The notes: generated by a model not told the origin, from the letters alone. DNA of 64,000 nucleotides from a virus (IMGVR_UViG_3300032007_000023:32001-96000); one strand, 5' to 3'; positions 10,386 through 20,606 are shown, counted from the stretch's first letter. Program-made: numbers and translations.

Positions 10386-11210
10386 TCATATTTTAGATAA
10401 AACCTCTCTCACATATTTTGCACATGGAGAGTCTTCTGCTTTCTTATTGTTAAAATCAGACATAGCAAATGATATGATAAGATACACACCGAGTATCAGT
10501 ATGATATCATTCTTGAGAACCATGTTGTTTACAAGTCTCATCATAAGATTTACAACATCCAACTTAGGAGCATCCTCGGATGTATTATAGTATTTATAAA
10601 CAGCGGATATATCCGGATTGAATAATACATCCTCACACTTTGAAGCATACTTCTCGGGATTTGTTTTATTCGTTTTGATATAATCTTTCCAATCCTTAAG
10701 AGTTATATTTTCAACAATATACTCAATGATTGGTGTGTAGTTAGAAAATATATTCAAACGAATAATGTCTATCTGGTCAAGATACTTGAATAACATGAAA
10801 TACAAGAAAAGATCGTCATGAAACTTTTCAACATTTTTGGGATCTTGCTTAAGAAGGATCACCAATGCGTTTGCCGGGCCATAAGTCTCTTCAATGAGAG
10901 ATAATGGCATTCTTTTTGTAATCTCTATATATTCCGCAGCCAACTGATTGATCATGAACAGTTCTTTCGTTTCTTTCATTTCGTTTGAATCATTGGGAAC
11001 GAAAGCATCAGTTGGTGATGTTACGAGCTCAATATCACTGAGAGCATTTCGGAATTCCTGGTCAAACATTTCTCTTGTAATAATATCACTCTTTTTATGA
11101 TTAAGCATAATCATTGTGTGGTAAAATATATTACAAGCAGCTATGTTAGCCTTATGAGTATTAAATCTTCCTACGAACTCTTCAAGCATTTTATTTGGGA
11201 TAGTTATCAT
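10386..11210 (-). CDS. Hypothetical protein
   Basis: 274-aa ORF with AGGAGG RBS. Confidence 0.75.
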   Translation of the reverse strand: MITIPNKMLEEFVGRFNTHKANIAACNIFYHTMIMLNHKKSDIITREMFDQEFRNALSDIELVTSPTDAFVPNDSNEMKETKELFMINQLAAEYIEITKRMPLSLIEETYGPANALVILLKQDPKNVEKFHDDLFLYFMLFKYLDQIDIIRLNIFSNYTPIIEYIVENITLKDWKDYIKTNKTNPEKYASKCEDVLFNPDISAVYKYYNTSEDAPKLDVVNLMMRLVNNMVLKNDIILILGVYLIISFAMSDFNNKKAEDSPCAKYVREVLSKI

Positions 11211-11236
11211 CCTATAAACCTCCTACATATGGAAGC

Positions 11237-11368
11237 CTATGTTGTTCTCAAATAATATTGGTCTCGTAAGGCACAATAGTTATCAATAACATAGGGCCAT
11301 CCATTATTTTGTATATACCAGCAAATGTATTCATTTAACTGGGAAAAACCTGACATATTATCATTCAT
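11237..11368 (-). CDS. Small hypothetical protein (43 aa, MNDNMSGFSQLNEYICWY...)
   Basis: GAGGTG RBS upstream; fills the intergenic gap. Not in the ORF track. Confidence 0.5.
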   Translation of the reverse strand: MNDNMSGFSQLNEYICWYIQNNGWPYVIDNYCALRDQYYLRTT

Positions 11369-11394
11369 TCAACTCACCTCACATTTTAGATGTA

Positions 11395-11676
11395 TTAGGT
11401 AAGTTCATCTATGATATCTTCGAACGGTGTTCCGGCGTACATCGCAGGATCTCCAGCATATCCACCCATATTATTTGTCTGAGGTGGTGGCTGCTGATTT
11501 GCATAACGTTGCATTGCATTATTACGACGAGCCTCAGCTTGACGCATCTGCAATTCCTGTTGTCTGTTTGCTTCTTCAATCTGCTTAATTCGAATGTCTC
11601 GAAGGCGATGCACGAATGGAAGCGGCATTCGTGCAAGCATCTCCATAGGGATTAGTTTGTTAAACATTAATCCCAT
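11395..11676 (-). CDS. T4 gp51-like tail/baseplate assembly protein, possibly the -1 frameshift extension of the upstream gene
   Basis: MEMLARMPLPFV..L..IRIKQIEE resembles the gp51/tail-chaperone 'LE.M.P.ER' helix. No clear RBS; frame is open back to 11763. Confidence 0.5.
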   Translation of the reverse strand: MGLMFNKLIPMEMLARMPLPFVHRLRDIRIKQIEEANRQQELQMRQAEARRNNAMQRYANQQPPPQTNNMGGYAGDPAMYAGTPFEDIIDELT

Positions 11677-11687
11677 CTCAACGATTT

Positions 11688-13553
11688 CTAATCCATCTCG
11701 ATTAAGTTTATCTGAGTATTGCTGAGCCTTCGAGATACCTGGAAAAGCAACGATGTTCCTATATCAGTGATCGGTATAAAGTCCTCATGTCTACCGCATG
11801 AAGGGCAGTTTATATTCTCAACACGGAATGAAATAGGAGAAACTGTTTCTCTTGTTTTCTCGATCAGCTTGAGAAGTATACCGGAATCATATGAATCAAG
11901 AGACTTTGTGATTATCTCTTCGATCTGTTCCCAGTTAGTGAAACGATATTCCTTGTTCTTTCCTGTCTTAGGATCAGGACGAACGATTGTCATTGCAGAA
12001 ACGAACAATGCGTTTGCAGAAAGATAATCGAACTGAGCCATTGATACATCATTCGGATCAAGTTCTGTCATGTTTCCGTCAGGACGGAATCTCTTATAAA
12101 GGTCATTGATAAGAGGAAGCTTCTTTGTAACGAAATCGTATGCAGAAGGTTCATTAAGCTCTGCAATGATTCCAGTGTGAGGAAGCTTGAAACGTCTTCT
12201 ACGACCATTTACCTTTTCCCAGATCTTAACCGCATCAGGACCGACAGATGCGTCATAAGAAGGAACATACCAGTCAGGTACATGCTCTTCATCAATATGA
12301 AGAATGCTGCGAGGATGATAATTGATCTTGATCTGCTTCTTACAGTTAGGATTTCCACATGTGATAGAGAGTGTCTCTTCATCATCAGCTGTAGCAACGA
12401 GAAGACCCCACATAAGAAGTTCACGATCCTGATACTTTGTCTTCTTCATGAAGTCTTCAAGATCCTTGAATTCTCCGATAGAAGGACTCTTAAGGTGTTC
12501 ATAGATTACAGACCACTTCTTGAGTTCGTTATCAGAACCATTCTGTGATGCAGGTGCTGTGAGCTTGATAAAGTCAAACCAGTTGATGGATCTCATTACA
12601 CAACGATATCCTGACAGAGGAAGTGTTATAGGCGTATCATTTATACCAGAATCATAGACACTGATGATACCTTCCTGATCTGAGTTCTCAACGATAGTTG
12701 TTGAAAGCAGCTCATCTTCAGTGACTTCCTTAACGAAGATATTTACTTCATTGGATTCAACTGTTTCAGGAATAATAGATTCGTCAACCTTAACAGTTAC
12801 ATTTGCACCCTTCTCAACATTAATATTGATCTTAGGTGTTTCCTGTTTCACATTGTTTGTTATAGTGGTTTCGGGAACAGTATTTGTGTTGTTTGCTGCA
12901 GGAGCCTCTGTATCAACAACAACACCATTCTGAATATTATGAATAGCCAGAGTTCCGTTAGGCATTACCCAGTTCCTAAGAATTGTTTCTTCGAACTCCC
13001 TGGTGATCTTTTCACCATTCTTGTGATAGATATCAATGAGTTCACCCATGACAGCCATCTTTCCAAGAGTACCAAGCTTAGGATCAGGTAATTCATTGAT
13101 ACCACCGGAGATAAGCTTATACTTAGCAACAACTCTGTTTACCATAGCTGATACAATATTGAGTTTATCAGACTGATATGATACAGCTGTATCATTATAC
13201 TTCATATCATGTTCATCGGGTGGCATGAAAGGTGTTGCAGCTTTCTTGATCTCCTTCTGTCTACGTAATTCTTCACCAGCAGCAATACGAGCATCCTTAT
13301 CATGTGCTTCCTCAGCAGCGATCTCATCATCAAGATCGTTATCACCATAGATATCCTCATCAGGAATCATAGGAGGAGCAACTTCAACAGGTTCTATAGG
13401 TGCCGGTTCATCAGACGATTCATTGAAAGTAATAGGCTCAACTTCTTCTTCGATTACACTGGGCTTGTCTTCAGGAATGGGAGTTCCATCCTTAGCAGCC
13501 TTAGTACGATTCAGAAGTCTTTCCAATGCATCATCATTTTTATTATTGGCCAT
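11688..13553 (-). CDS. T4 gp26-like baseplate hub/tail assembly chaperone with a long acidic N-terminal extension
   Basis: ITLPLSGY, DRELLMWGL, ITCGNPNCKK, FKLPHTG, C-terminal CPSCG Zn motif. Confidence 0.55.
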   Translation of the reverse strand: MANNKNDDALERLLNRTKAAKDGTPIPEDKPSVIEEEVEPITFNESSDEPAPIEPVEVAPPMIPDEDIYGDNDLDDEIAAEEAHDKDARIAAGEELRRQKEIKKAATPFMPPDEHDMKYNDTAVSYQSDKLNIVSAMVNRVVAKYKLISGGINELPDPKLGTLGKMAVMGELIDIYHKNGEKITREFEETILRNWVMPNGTLAIHNIQNGVVVDTEAPAANNTNTVPETTITNNVKQETPKININVEKGANVTVKVDESIIPETVESNEVNIFVKEVTEDELLSTTIVENSDQEGIISVYDSGINDTPITLPLSGYRCVMRSINWFDFIKLTAPASQNGSDNELKKWSVIYEHLKSPSIGEFKDLEDFMKKTKYQDRELLMWGLLVATADDEETLSITCGNPNCKKQIKINYHPRSILHIDEEHVPDWYVPSYDASVGPDAVKIWEKVNGRRRRFKLPHTGIIAELNEPSAYDFVTKKLPLINDLYKRFRPDGNMTELDPNDVSMAQFDYLSANALFVSAMTIVRPDPKTGKNKEYRFTNWEQIEEIITKSLDSYDSGILLKLIEKTRETVSPISFRVENINCPSCGRHEDFIPITDIGTSLLFQVSRRLSNTQINLIEMD

Positions 13554-13626
13554 AGTATTTCTCCTTTACTAAGATTTTATATTTGCAATATGCAAATAAA
13601 TCATACATGTAAAATTTAAAAATTAT

Positions 13627-13644
13627 ACATATATCATTTATATG
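13627..13644 (+). promoter_or_regulatory. Early-type phage promoter
   Basis: ACATATATCATTTATATG upstream of the 13690 operon. Confidence 0.6.
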
Positions 13645-13689
13645 CATATGACAGAATTATACTAATTTAAAAAAAAGGTTGGTGATATA

Positions 13690-14385
13690 ATGAATGAAAA
13701 ACTTATGTGGTTTAACCAAGACATCCAATTTATGTTTCATTCAAATATCGTTGAATATGATATGAGAGCAATGTCAGTATCTATATCAGAAAAATATGGA
13801 TTACTTGATGAAGAAACAATAAGGGTGTTAAAGTTATTACCAAAAGAACAAAGAACGAAAAGAGTGGGTCTATTACAGAAAGACGATAAAAACTACTCAG
13901 AGCGTCTAATACAATGTGAGCTTGAAACCAGAAGAAAATTCCTGGAAACAAATGGTTTAGACAAAACCAATGTTATATCTCTCCATTCAGATGCATGCAT
14001 ATTCAATTCTAAAAAGAAAGTAATTAACAATATTGAAGGTATTGAATTTAAACATGCTAACACATGGACTGCATATATGATATATAAAGGAATCGAAATG
14101 TTCTATGCAGATGGAGTTATTACATACAAAGGCATACCAAAAGAGATGTTAAATAAACATACTCTTGGTATTCATAAGTACCTGTGTACTGTATTTGATA
14201 AAGTCGAAAACTATGATCCTGAGATTCTGGATTTCTTATCAAAGTTCCAACGTAGATATCTTCAGGATAAGTTACAAGATTTCTTTTACATTCCATTCGG
14301 TAGAATGGGTGATTATAAAATGAGCAATCTTGGACTACTGTCATTTGTGGCGAAAGTTGTATTAGAAGAAATGAAGGGATGGTAA
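13690..14385 (+). CDS. Small DNA-polymerase-palm-like protein
   Basis: IVEYDMRAMSVSI (motif A-like) and VISLHSDACIF (motif C-like) in only 231 aa. Confidence 0.5.
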   Translation: MNEKLMWFNQDIQFMFHSNIVEYDMRAMSVSISEKYGLLDEETIRVLKLLPKEQRTKRVGLLQKDDKNYSERLIQCELETRRKFLETNGLDKTNVISLHSDACIFNSKKKVINNIEGIEFKHANTWTAYMIYKGIEMFYADGVITYKGIPKEMLNKHTLGIHKYLCTVFDKVENYDPEILDFLSKFQRRYLQDKLQDFFYIPFGRMGDYKMSNLGLLSFVAKVVLEEMKGW

Positions 14386-14386
14386 C

Positions 14387-15028
14387 ATGGAAGAATATTA
14401 TTTCAAGTTTGAATTCTCTTCTGTACATTGCAAATCAAAAAGTATAAATTATTATGTACTGGCTAAAAATATGGATGACTTGAAATTATTCTTATCACAG
14501 CACGGATTCAATAATGTACCGCCTGAAGCAATCAAGTTAATTCCTAGGAATAAAACCGGTAAGTATGATGAAAATTGTGTGCTCGAACCTTATAGGTTTA
14601 AATCAAATTCATCATCAGAAATATTTACAGTGATGACATGCTGGCGATACATAGACGAAGCTGTATCAAAAGTAGCATCTGATCTATCACAGTATATGTT
14701 ATTTGGTGAAGCAATTGTACGAAGAGATATCGAAATATTCAAAACAATCGGAGATCTTATACAAAATTTGGGTGTAGCACATGTTATAGATTTCTCATTG
14801 TGTGATGTCGATGATACGAATGACTCAATCTTGAGTAGTAGAGAAATTCGTGATATGCATAAAAAATATTGTCAACGTGTAGGAGCACCAACAGAAGATA
14901 CAGATGTTGTTCTTACATATGAACGATTATTTGAATCAGTTGATAATGAGTATGATGACGTACTACCTATAACAATTGAATGTTACATCAGTAACTTTAC
15001 AGAAATGATGATGGACGTATTCGAATAG
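14387..15028 (+). CDS. Hypothetical protein
   Basis: 213-aa ORF tightly coupled to the upstream gene. Confidence 0.75.
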   Translation: MEEYYFKFEFSSVHCKSKSINYYVLAKNMDDLKLFLSQHGFNNVPPEAIKLIPRNKTGKYDENCVLEPYRFKSNSSSEIFTVMTCWRYIDEAVSKVASDLSQYMLFGEAIVRRDIEIFKTIGDLIQNLGVAHVIDFSLCDVDDTNDSILSSREIRDMHKKYCQRVGAPTEDTDVVLTYERLFESVDNEYDDVLPITIECYISNFTEMMMDVFE

Positions 15029-15041
15029 GAGGTTATATAAA

Positions 15042-15434
15042 ATGGCGAAAAAAGAAGTGACACCAGTAGAACTTGTTGAATCTCATAAACCCAAAAACTT
15101 CAAGTTCAAGTATATCTTTACGGATGAATCATTATTAAAAGAATTGATGGAGAGCGATTTCGATATAGGAACACTTGACACAATATGTGATGATGCTCTT
15201 GTTGAAGCAGCACTTGGTGCTGAGTTTACAATGTATGAAAGAGATATCGTCGGTAAAGCAAAGAATCCGACAATAATGGATGATGGAATAATCATCTCAA
15301 AGAAAATGGTTACGAAAGCCGATAAGAAATTATTGGGTGTCTATATAGGATTCTTTGATTATAATACAAAACATGTCGCAATCAAATTACATTATGAGAG
15401 ATTCGACATAATAGAAATATTCAATTTAATATAA
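15042..15434 (+). CDS. Hypothetical protein
   Basis: 130-aa ORF with GGAGG RBS. Confidence 0.75.
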   Translation: MAKKEVTPVELVESHKPKNFKFKYIFTDESLLKELMESDFDIGTLDTICDDALVEAALGAEFTMYERDIVGKAKNPTIMDDGIIISKKMVTKADKKLLGVYIGFFDYNTKHVAIKLHYERFDIIEIFNLI

Positions 15435-15442
15435 AATAAGAT

Positions 15443-15478
15443 GCGGGGGCTAAATGCCCCCACACCTTTATTTTTTTT
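15443..15478. terminator. Terminator between convergent operons
   Basis: GGGGGC-TAAAT-GCCCCC followed by a T-tract on the plus strand. Confidence 0.65.
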
Positions 15479-16608
15479 TATAATGGGTTAGCACCTGTAG
15501 CATACGGATTTCCAATATCTGTGTAGTTATTGAAAGTCTCGTCGTTATAGATCTTAGAGTGATCCTCAGGTGTAACTGCATGAGGAGTCGGTGAATTACG
15601 AACAACAGCGTCAGTATTTGCATACATAACAGGAGCATTACCAAGACCTGTCTGAACAGAGTCGAGGTTAGGTCTCTTACCACCGTTGAAGATAGCAGTG
15701 TTGATGTCACCGTAAGGAGCTTCCTGAGCAAGATCGAAGAATGCATCACCAGCACCAGGATTGTAGTTAAGTGAGTTACCGAATACAGCGAACTGCTTAA
15801 CGTATCTGGTAGCGATATCGTTTACATATGCAGACTGTACGTACTGACAGTTGTATGTAAGCTGGAGGTTCTGGATCTGTGACTGACCTGTGTTGTTTGA
15901 ATTGAATATGTCATTACCAACCTTTGCAGAAGGTACACAGCCGAGTGCCATTGTAGCAGCTTCAACACGAGCACCTGATCTGTCAAGAGCGATGATAAGG
16001 AACTCAGCAACTTCCCAAGCCGGAGAAGGATCAAGAGCTACACCTGAAGCAGATGCAAGAGCATTACCGCCAGTAACAGGTGAGAAGATTCTCTGAGGTG
16101 TCTGGTCTTCAGCAACTGAACCAGCTACGAGACCATGGTAAGTTGTAAGGCCTGTGATAGGATCTGCAATACCGTCGATCCACATATTATGGAAGTTTGC
16201 AACAGGACGACCTACCATTTCAGGAACCTGGATGGTGAGAGTCTGACCAGACTGTGCATTCTGAGTTGTAGGGATAGAAATGCTTCTACCCGCAAAACCA
16301 CCCTGGAGAGTAGCAGGAGCGAGAGAAGCATCTCCAATGTTACAAGTGATGCCAGTATTGTAATACTCAACGATCTTCTTGTAAGTACCGAACTCATTCT
16401 TCGGATCATATGCGTTATTCTCATCACCACCGAAGTAGTGCATGAGGAAGTAAGGACCACGATACATTACGCAGAGTACGCGGTTGGTAGTGAGAGGATT
16501 AAGACTTCTGAGGGTATGCACGTCAGGTGTGAGACCACCATACATACCTGTGTACTGTGAAAGGTCACCGTTGTATTCACGGATGCCTGTCTGTAAACTG
16601 ATAGCCAT
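15478..16608 (-). CDS. Tail tube protein (phiKZ gp30/AR9-like)
   Basis: Directly downstream of the sheath; PEMVGRPV..FHNMWIDGIADPITGL is typical of jumbo-phage tube proteins; high-expression codon bias. Confidence 0.7.
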   Translation of the reverse strand: MAISLQTGIREYNGDLSQYTGMYGGLTPDVHTLRSLNPLTTNRVLCVMYRGPYFLMHYFGGDENNAYDPKNEFGTYKKIVEYYNTGITCNIGDASLAPATLQGGFAGRSISIPTTQNAQSGQTLTIQVPEMVGRPVANFHNMWIDGIADPITGLTTYHGLVAGSVAEDQTPQRIFSPVTGGNALASASGVALDPSPAWEVAEFLIIALDRSGARVEAATMALGCVPSAKVGNDIFNSNNTGQSQIQNLQLTYNCQYVQSAYVNDIATRYVKQFAVFGNSLNYNPGAGDAFFDLAQEAPYGDINTAIFNGGKRPNLDSVQTGLGNAPVMYANTDAVVRNSPTPHAVTPEDHSKIYNDETFNNYTDIGNPYATGANPL

Positions 16609-16631
16609 AAATTATATCTCCTTTCCTACCA

Positions 16632-19600
16632 TTATTCAGAGTCTGTACGTCTCTGTACGTTTACGATGATCGGAACTCTGAGTATGAGACCACGGAATGT
16701 AACGTTGCAGTAGCAAACTACGATCTCACCACCATCGAGAGGATTGATGTCTCTCTGGAATGTGATATCAAGAGCCTGTACAAGATTACCTACCCAGTTT
16801 GTGAACAGGTTATCAACGTCATCCTTAAGAGTCTTGAGAACGCCGTCATCATTATACTCAAGCAGATAAGAATCGATCTTGTTCTGGAGGAGATATACGA
16901 GCTGAGAAAGTGTTCTCATGTTGTTCTCCTGGATCAGATCTGAAGTATCGCCTTCTCTGTAGAGTGTGCGCTGTGACTTTCTCTGGAGGTTTCCATTAAC
17001 ATCCATGATCCAAGCGTTACCACCTGAATTGTAGAGAAGTTCTCTCTCTTCCCAGTCAGTAGTATCGATATCCGGGAAGAATGAGATATACTGATCAGGA
17101 GCGATGTTAGTGTACTTACCTGTGAAAGGCTTATTGACTGTAAAGCGCTTCATGTGTCCGATCATGTTATCGACGAGCGCCTTAGTATATGTGTATGCAA
17201 TGCCATCAGCAGATGATACATAACCACCGATATCCCAAGAAGCATTCGGGTTAGAGAACTTCTTAGAGAATGTCTGGTTAATAAGCATAGCTGTATTAGC
17301 ATCAGTAACACCAGAGTCAAGATGGAGTGAGAGACCAGAACCAGGTCCGATAGGTCTCTTATCCTCAGGAATACCCTGATAGCAACGACGGATCATGAGA
17401 TCATACATTGCCTGCTTAACGTCTATATCAGTAAAGTCCTTGATATTTGAAATCAAGTCATTGTTAAGAAGGATTGCCTCCTTCTCATCGTCTGTATAGA
17501 TTGTTGAAGCATTTATGATATCGATTGGCTTGTAAACCATGTAAGGAAGAATGGTCTGACCAACGATAGTATTCGTACCACCGTCGAAGAGGTACTTAGC
17601 AGGACATCTTGTGGTTGAGTTGATACGAGGATCTTTCTCACCCTTATATGCCTGAACGAGGAGTTCGGAATAACGCCACTTGAATTCGATATCAGAGATA
17701 TCATCATCGAAGAAGCCAGCATAACCGTTCTCGATCGGAATACCACCCATCTCAGTATTCGGGTTTACACCGTAATTCTGTGAGTAGTAGTTAGCAGGAA
17801 TCTCAGTAGGATCCATACCATAACGGTAGATAGAACCCTGAGTACCAGCGATAGTATAACGCTTGATCATTGTAGGATCAGCATTAGCAGGATTGATCTC
17901 AACAGCTATATCTGATTCAGTGATCTTGATTGTAAGACCAGATGCAGTACCATTGGTATATACATCAGTAACTGTAGTACCCCAACCATCAGCACTTGTG
18001 ATGAGATTATATTCATATCCGTTTTCAGTATAAACTGTTTTGATAGTGTCACCCCAACCGGTTGCTGATTTAACGAGAGTGTATACATAAGGATCGCCTG
18101 CAGTATCAGTACCAGTTCTTGTGTAATACCTGTTCTCTTCGAAAGGAGGTACATAAACAGGTTCTGTCTGAGTACCAGTATTCTCAATTGTTATACCTTC
18201 GCTGTATGCCTTGGAACGAGAATAGAATGTATTCACAGCAAATTCCGGTTCATAGTGAGGAGCAGCTTCAGGATCTGTCTCAGTGTTTACGATCTCAACA
18301 TGAATATACTTATCATATGGAGTTGTTGCATATTCACCGGGAACGATCTTAGTTGATGAAGCATCTGAAGATTCGAAAGCAACTTCAACATTCTTCATAT
18401 CCTTCTTATCCCCTGTATCCGGAATAGGAGTTACAGCAGTAACTTTGAATGAAGTTTCGGGATAAGCAGCAAGAGTAACGATATCATTTACTGCATAAGG
18501 ACCTGTACTCTTAGGAGCTGCAGCAGTATCAGTAGAAGCACCGCCGTTTATCTTCCATGTCACATCGAAACCTGTTTCACTAGAGCTGTCATCAGAATCC
18601 TGATAGAGCATGAGATCGTATGAAGTTCCAACGATTGGCTTAGTAACAGCGAATGATGTAGGACAGATACCTACATAGAATGGTGTATTAGTCTGAGTAA
18701 CTACCTCTGTTCTATCTTCAACACCCTTGTAGCCGTTTACATATACCTTACCACAATTTGTGGTGTCTGTTGTGTCGATATTGATATATGTTGTACCAGG
18801 AGTCTTGTAGAACTCATCAGTTTCAGATGTAGCAAAAGAAGTGATCTTAGATGAAGGATATGCAAGCATTGGATAGATTTCTTTCTTGGTTGTATATACA
18901 ACAGAATTATCAGAATCTATTGTTGGAGTACCAGTAGTTGAAGCATCCTTATCAGCATAAGCAATCTTCGCAATGAAGAAATTGTTGAGCTTATTAACAG
19001 GATCAACTGATACCTTATTTTCAACAAGAATGAAATCAGGCTGGTATTCAATGTATGTCACATCTCCATCTTTCCTTGTGGACTTCTTACGAGGAGCAAG
19101 TTTACCACGATTGATGAGATCTGAAACCTGAGCAGTTACCTTTTCCAGAGTCTTTCCTTCAGTAGAAATATATGCACGGAACATATCCAGAATAGGCTTA
19201 GTTCCATCTGTTCCACCAGTCTTAATCTGAGAAATCGGTATAGAAGTGATAGCACCAGTATACTGATTGATGGTTGTAATGAGAGTAAGTGCCATTGTTG
19301 CTGTGTTAGTAACAAAGAGGTCACCTACGTGATACGGGTTATCAGGATTTGAAACACCGTATGTCTTTGAATCGAGATAAGCATTCAATGCGTCCGGCTT
19401 TTCGATGTATTCAGCAGCTGATTCATCAGTACCGAGGAATACCTTGATTCTGTTTGCAGTATCAAGCTGAGGAATATCAAGATCGAACATGTCAACCTGG
19501 AAGTATGGGAGCTTAACATCAGAGTCACCATTGTAAATATAACGACCATAAATAGGATCGAAGATATTAACATTCATGGTTACATATACATCCTTAACCC

Positions 19601-20504
19601 ACTTCATTGAATCTGAGTTTGAAGGAAGGATATCAGCATCCATCATTTCCTTAACCTTAGCCATGTACTCGTTGTAGAGTTCCTGTACAGCTTCCTCATT
19701 GATATAAGGCTTGATGATAGAAGAACCCTTTTCACGCTGACCAACCTGAACGTTAGCAGTCTCGATCGCATCAGGACGATTACCGTTGTTCTGATTTACA
19801 AGTGAAGCGTAGAAACGCTCAACTGTCTGATCAGTACGAGTATCGAGTGTAGCGAACATATACTTTACATTCGGAGGTCTACGACTCTGAGATGTAGGAT
19901 TGATAGCATAGTTGAAGTTATCGTATATCTTACCACGACCAGCACCGATTGCAGTCATGAATACACGCTGCTTCCAAACACCATCTGCCTCTTCCTTATT
20001 ATCATCAGCAAAGCCGCGTACAAGTGCAGAGTTAAGACGATCTGTATTCTTGAAGCTTGAGTGAACAATACCAAGAGGAAGTCCGTTATTACCGTTTCCA
20101 GAAGTTGTCTTGAAACGAACATGCATTGTAGAACCGTCCCATCTCCACTGGATGAGGAGACAAGAGAAAGCATAAGTACTTCCATCAGGAGTTACACGCA
20201 TGAACTTTATAGGAGCATCCTGAGAGAGTATAGCATTCGGATATGTAACCGACTGACCATACTTCTTAATATCGCCAGATGAAAGTGATGCCATACCATA
20301 TGCAACATTAAGAATGTCGCTTCTGTTGATAGGAATCATTTCATTATCAGCACCCATAGGAGCACCAGAAACAACAATAGTTGCATACAATGAAGGATCA
20401 TCAGTTACGATAGTAGGTAACTGTCCTGTATACATTGAATTATCAACAATATGGACAACGCTGTGAGGCATTGAATACTTCATACCATATTTTGTTTCAA
20501 GCAT
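16632..20504 (-). CDS. Tail sheath protein (about 1290 aa, large insertions)
   Basis: Start reassigned to ATG 20504 behind AAGGAG. N-terminal PHSV..I.DNS, YG...KKYGQ, MRVTPD; C-terminal SQRTL...SDL.QENNMRTL and VYCNVTFRGLI match sheath patterns; tube gene follows. Confidence 0.8.
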   Translation of the reverse strand: MLETKYGMKYSMPHSVVHIVDNSMYTGQLPTIVTDDPSLYATIVVSGAPMGADNEMIPINRSDILNVAYGMASLSSGDIKKYGQSVTYPNAILSQDAPIKFMRVTPDGSTYAFSCLLIQWRWDGSTMHVRFKTTSGNGNNGLPLGIVHSSFKNTDRLNSALVRGFADDNKEEADGVWKQRVFMTAIGAGRGKIYDNFNYAINPTSQSRRPPNVKYMFATLDTRTDQTVERFYASLVNQNNGNRPDAIETANVQVGQREKGSSIIKPYINEEAVQELYNEYMAKVKEMMDADILPSNSDSMKWVKDVYVTMNVNIFDPIYGRYIYNGDSDVKLPYFQVDMFDLDIPQLDTANRIKVFLGTDESAAEYIEKPDALNAYLDSKTYGVSNPDNPYHVGDLFVTNTATMALTLITTINQYTGAITSIPISQIKTGGTDGTKPILDMFRAYISTEGKTLEKVTAQVSDLINRGKLAPRKKSTRKDGDVTYIEYQPDFILVENKVSVDPVNKLNNFFIAKIAYADKDASTTGTPTIDSDNSVVYTTKKEIYPMLAYPSSKITSFATSETDEFYKTPGTTYINIDTTDTTNCGKVYVNGYKGVEDRTEVVTQTNTPFYVGICPTSFAVTKPIVGTSYDLMLYQDSDDSSSETGFDVTWKINGGASTDTAAAPKSTGPYAVNDIVTLAAYPETSFKVTAVTPIPDTGDKKDMKNVEVAFESSDASSTKIVPGEYATTPYDKYIHVEIVNTETDPEAAPHYEPEFAVNTFYSRSKAYSEGITIENTGTQTEPVYVPPFEENRYYTRTGTDTAGDPYVYTLVKSATGWGDTIKTVYTENGYEYNLITSADGWGTTVTDVYTNGTASGLTIKITESDIAVEINPANADPTMIKRYTIAGTQGSIYRYGMDPTEIPANYYSQNYGVNPNTEMGGIPIENGYAGFFDDDISDIEFKWRYSELLVQAYKGEKDPRINSTTRCPAKYLFDGGTNTIVGQTILPYMVYKPIDIINASTIYTDDEKEAILLNNDLISNIKDFTDIDVKQAMYDLMIRRCYQGIPEDKRPIGPGSGLSLHLDSGVTDANTAMLINQTFSKKFSNPNASWDIGGYVSSADGIAYTYTKALVDNMIGHMKRFTVNKPFTGKYTNIAPDQYISFFPDIDTTDWEERELLYNSGGNAWIMDVNGNLQRKSQRTLYREGDTSDLIQENNMRTLSQLVYLLQNKIDSYLLEYNDDGVLKTLKDDVDNLFTNWVGNLVQALDITFQRDINPLDGGEIVVCYCNVTFRGLILRVPIIVNVQRRTDSE

Positions 20505-20594
20505 ATTAGTCTTCTCCTTTTCTGTAGAATTTAATTGCAATTGAGGGGAATTCTTAGCATGGAGAATCGCGATCCATAATCGGAATCCCGCAAT

Positions 20595-20606
20595 TATTGT
20601 TGTGTT
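20595..20606 (-). promoter_or_regulatory. Late-type promoter (AACA-N6-TA) for the sheath/tube operon
   Basis: Minus strand AACA-CAACAA-TA, matching the AR9 late promoter consensus. Confidence 0.5.
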
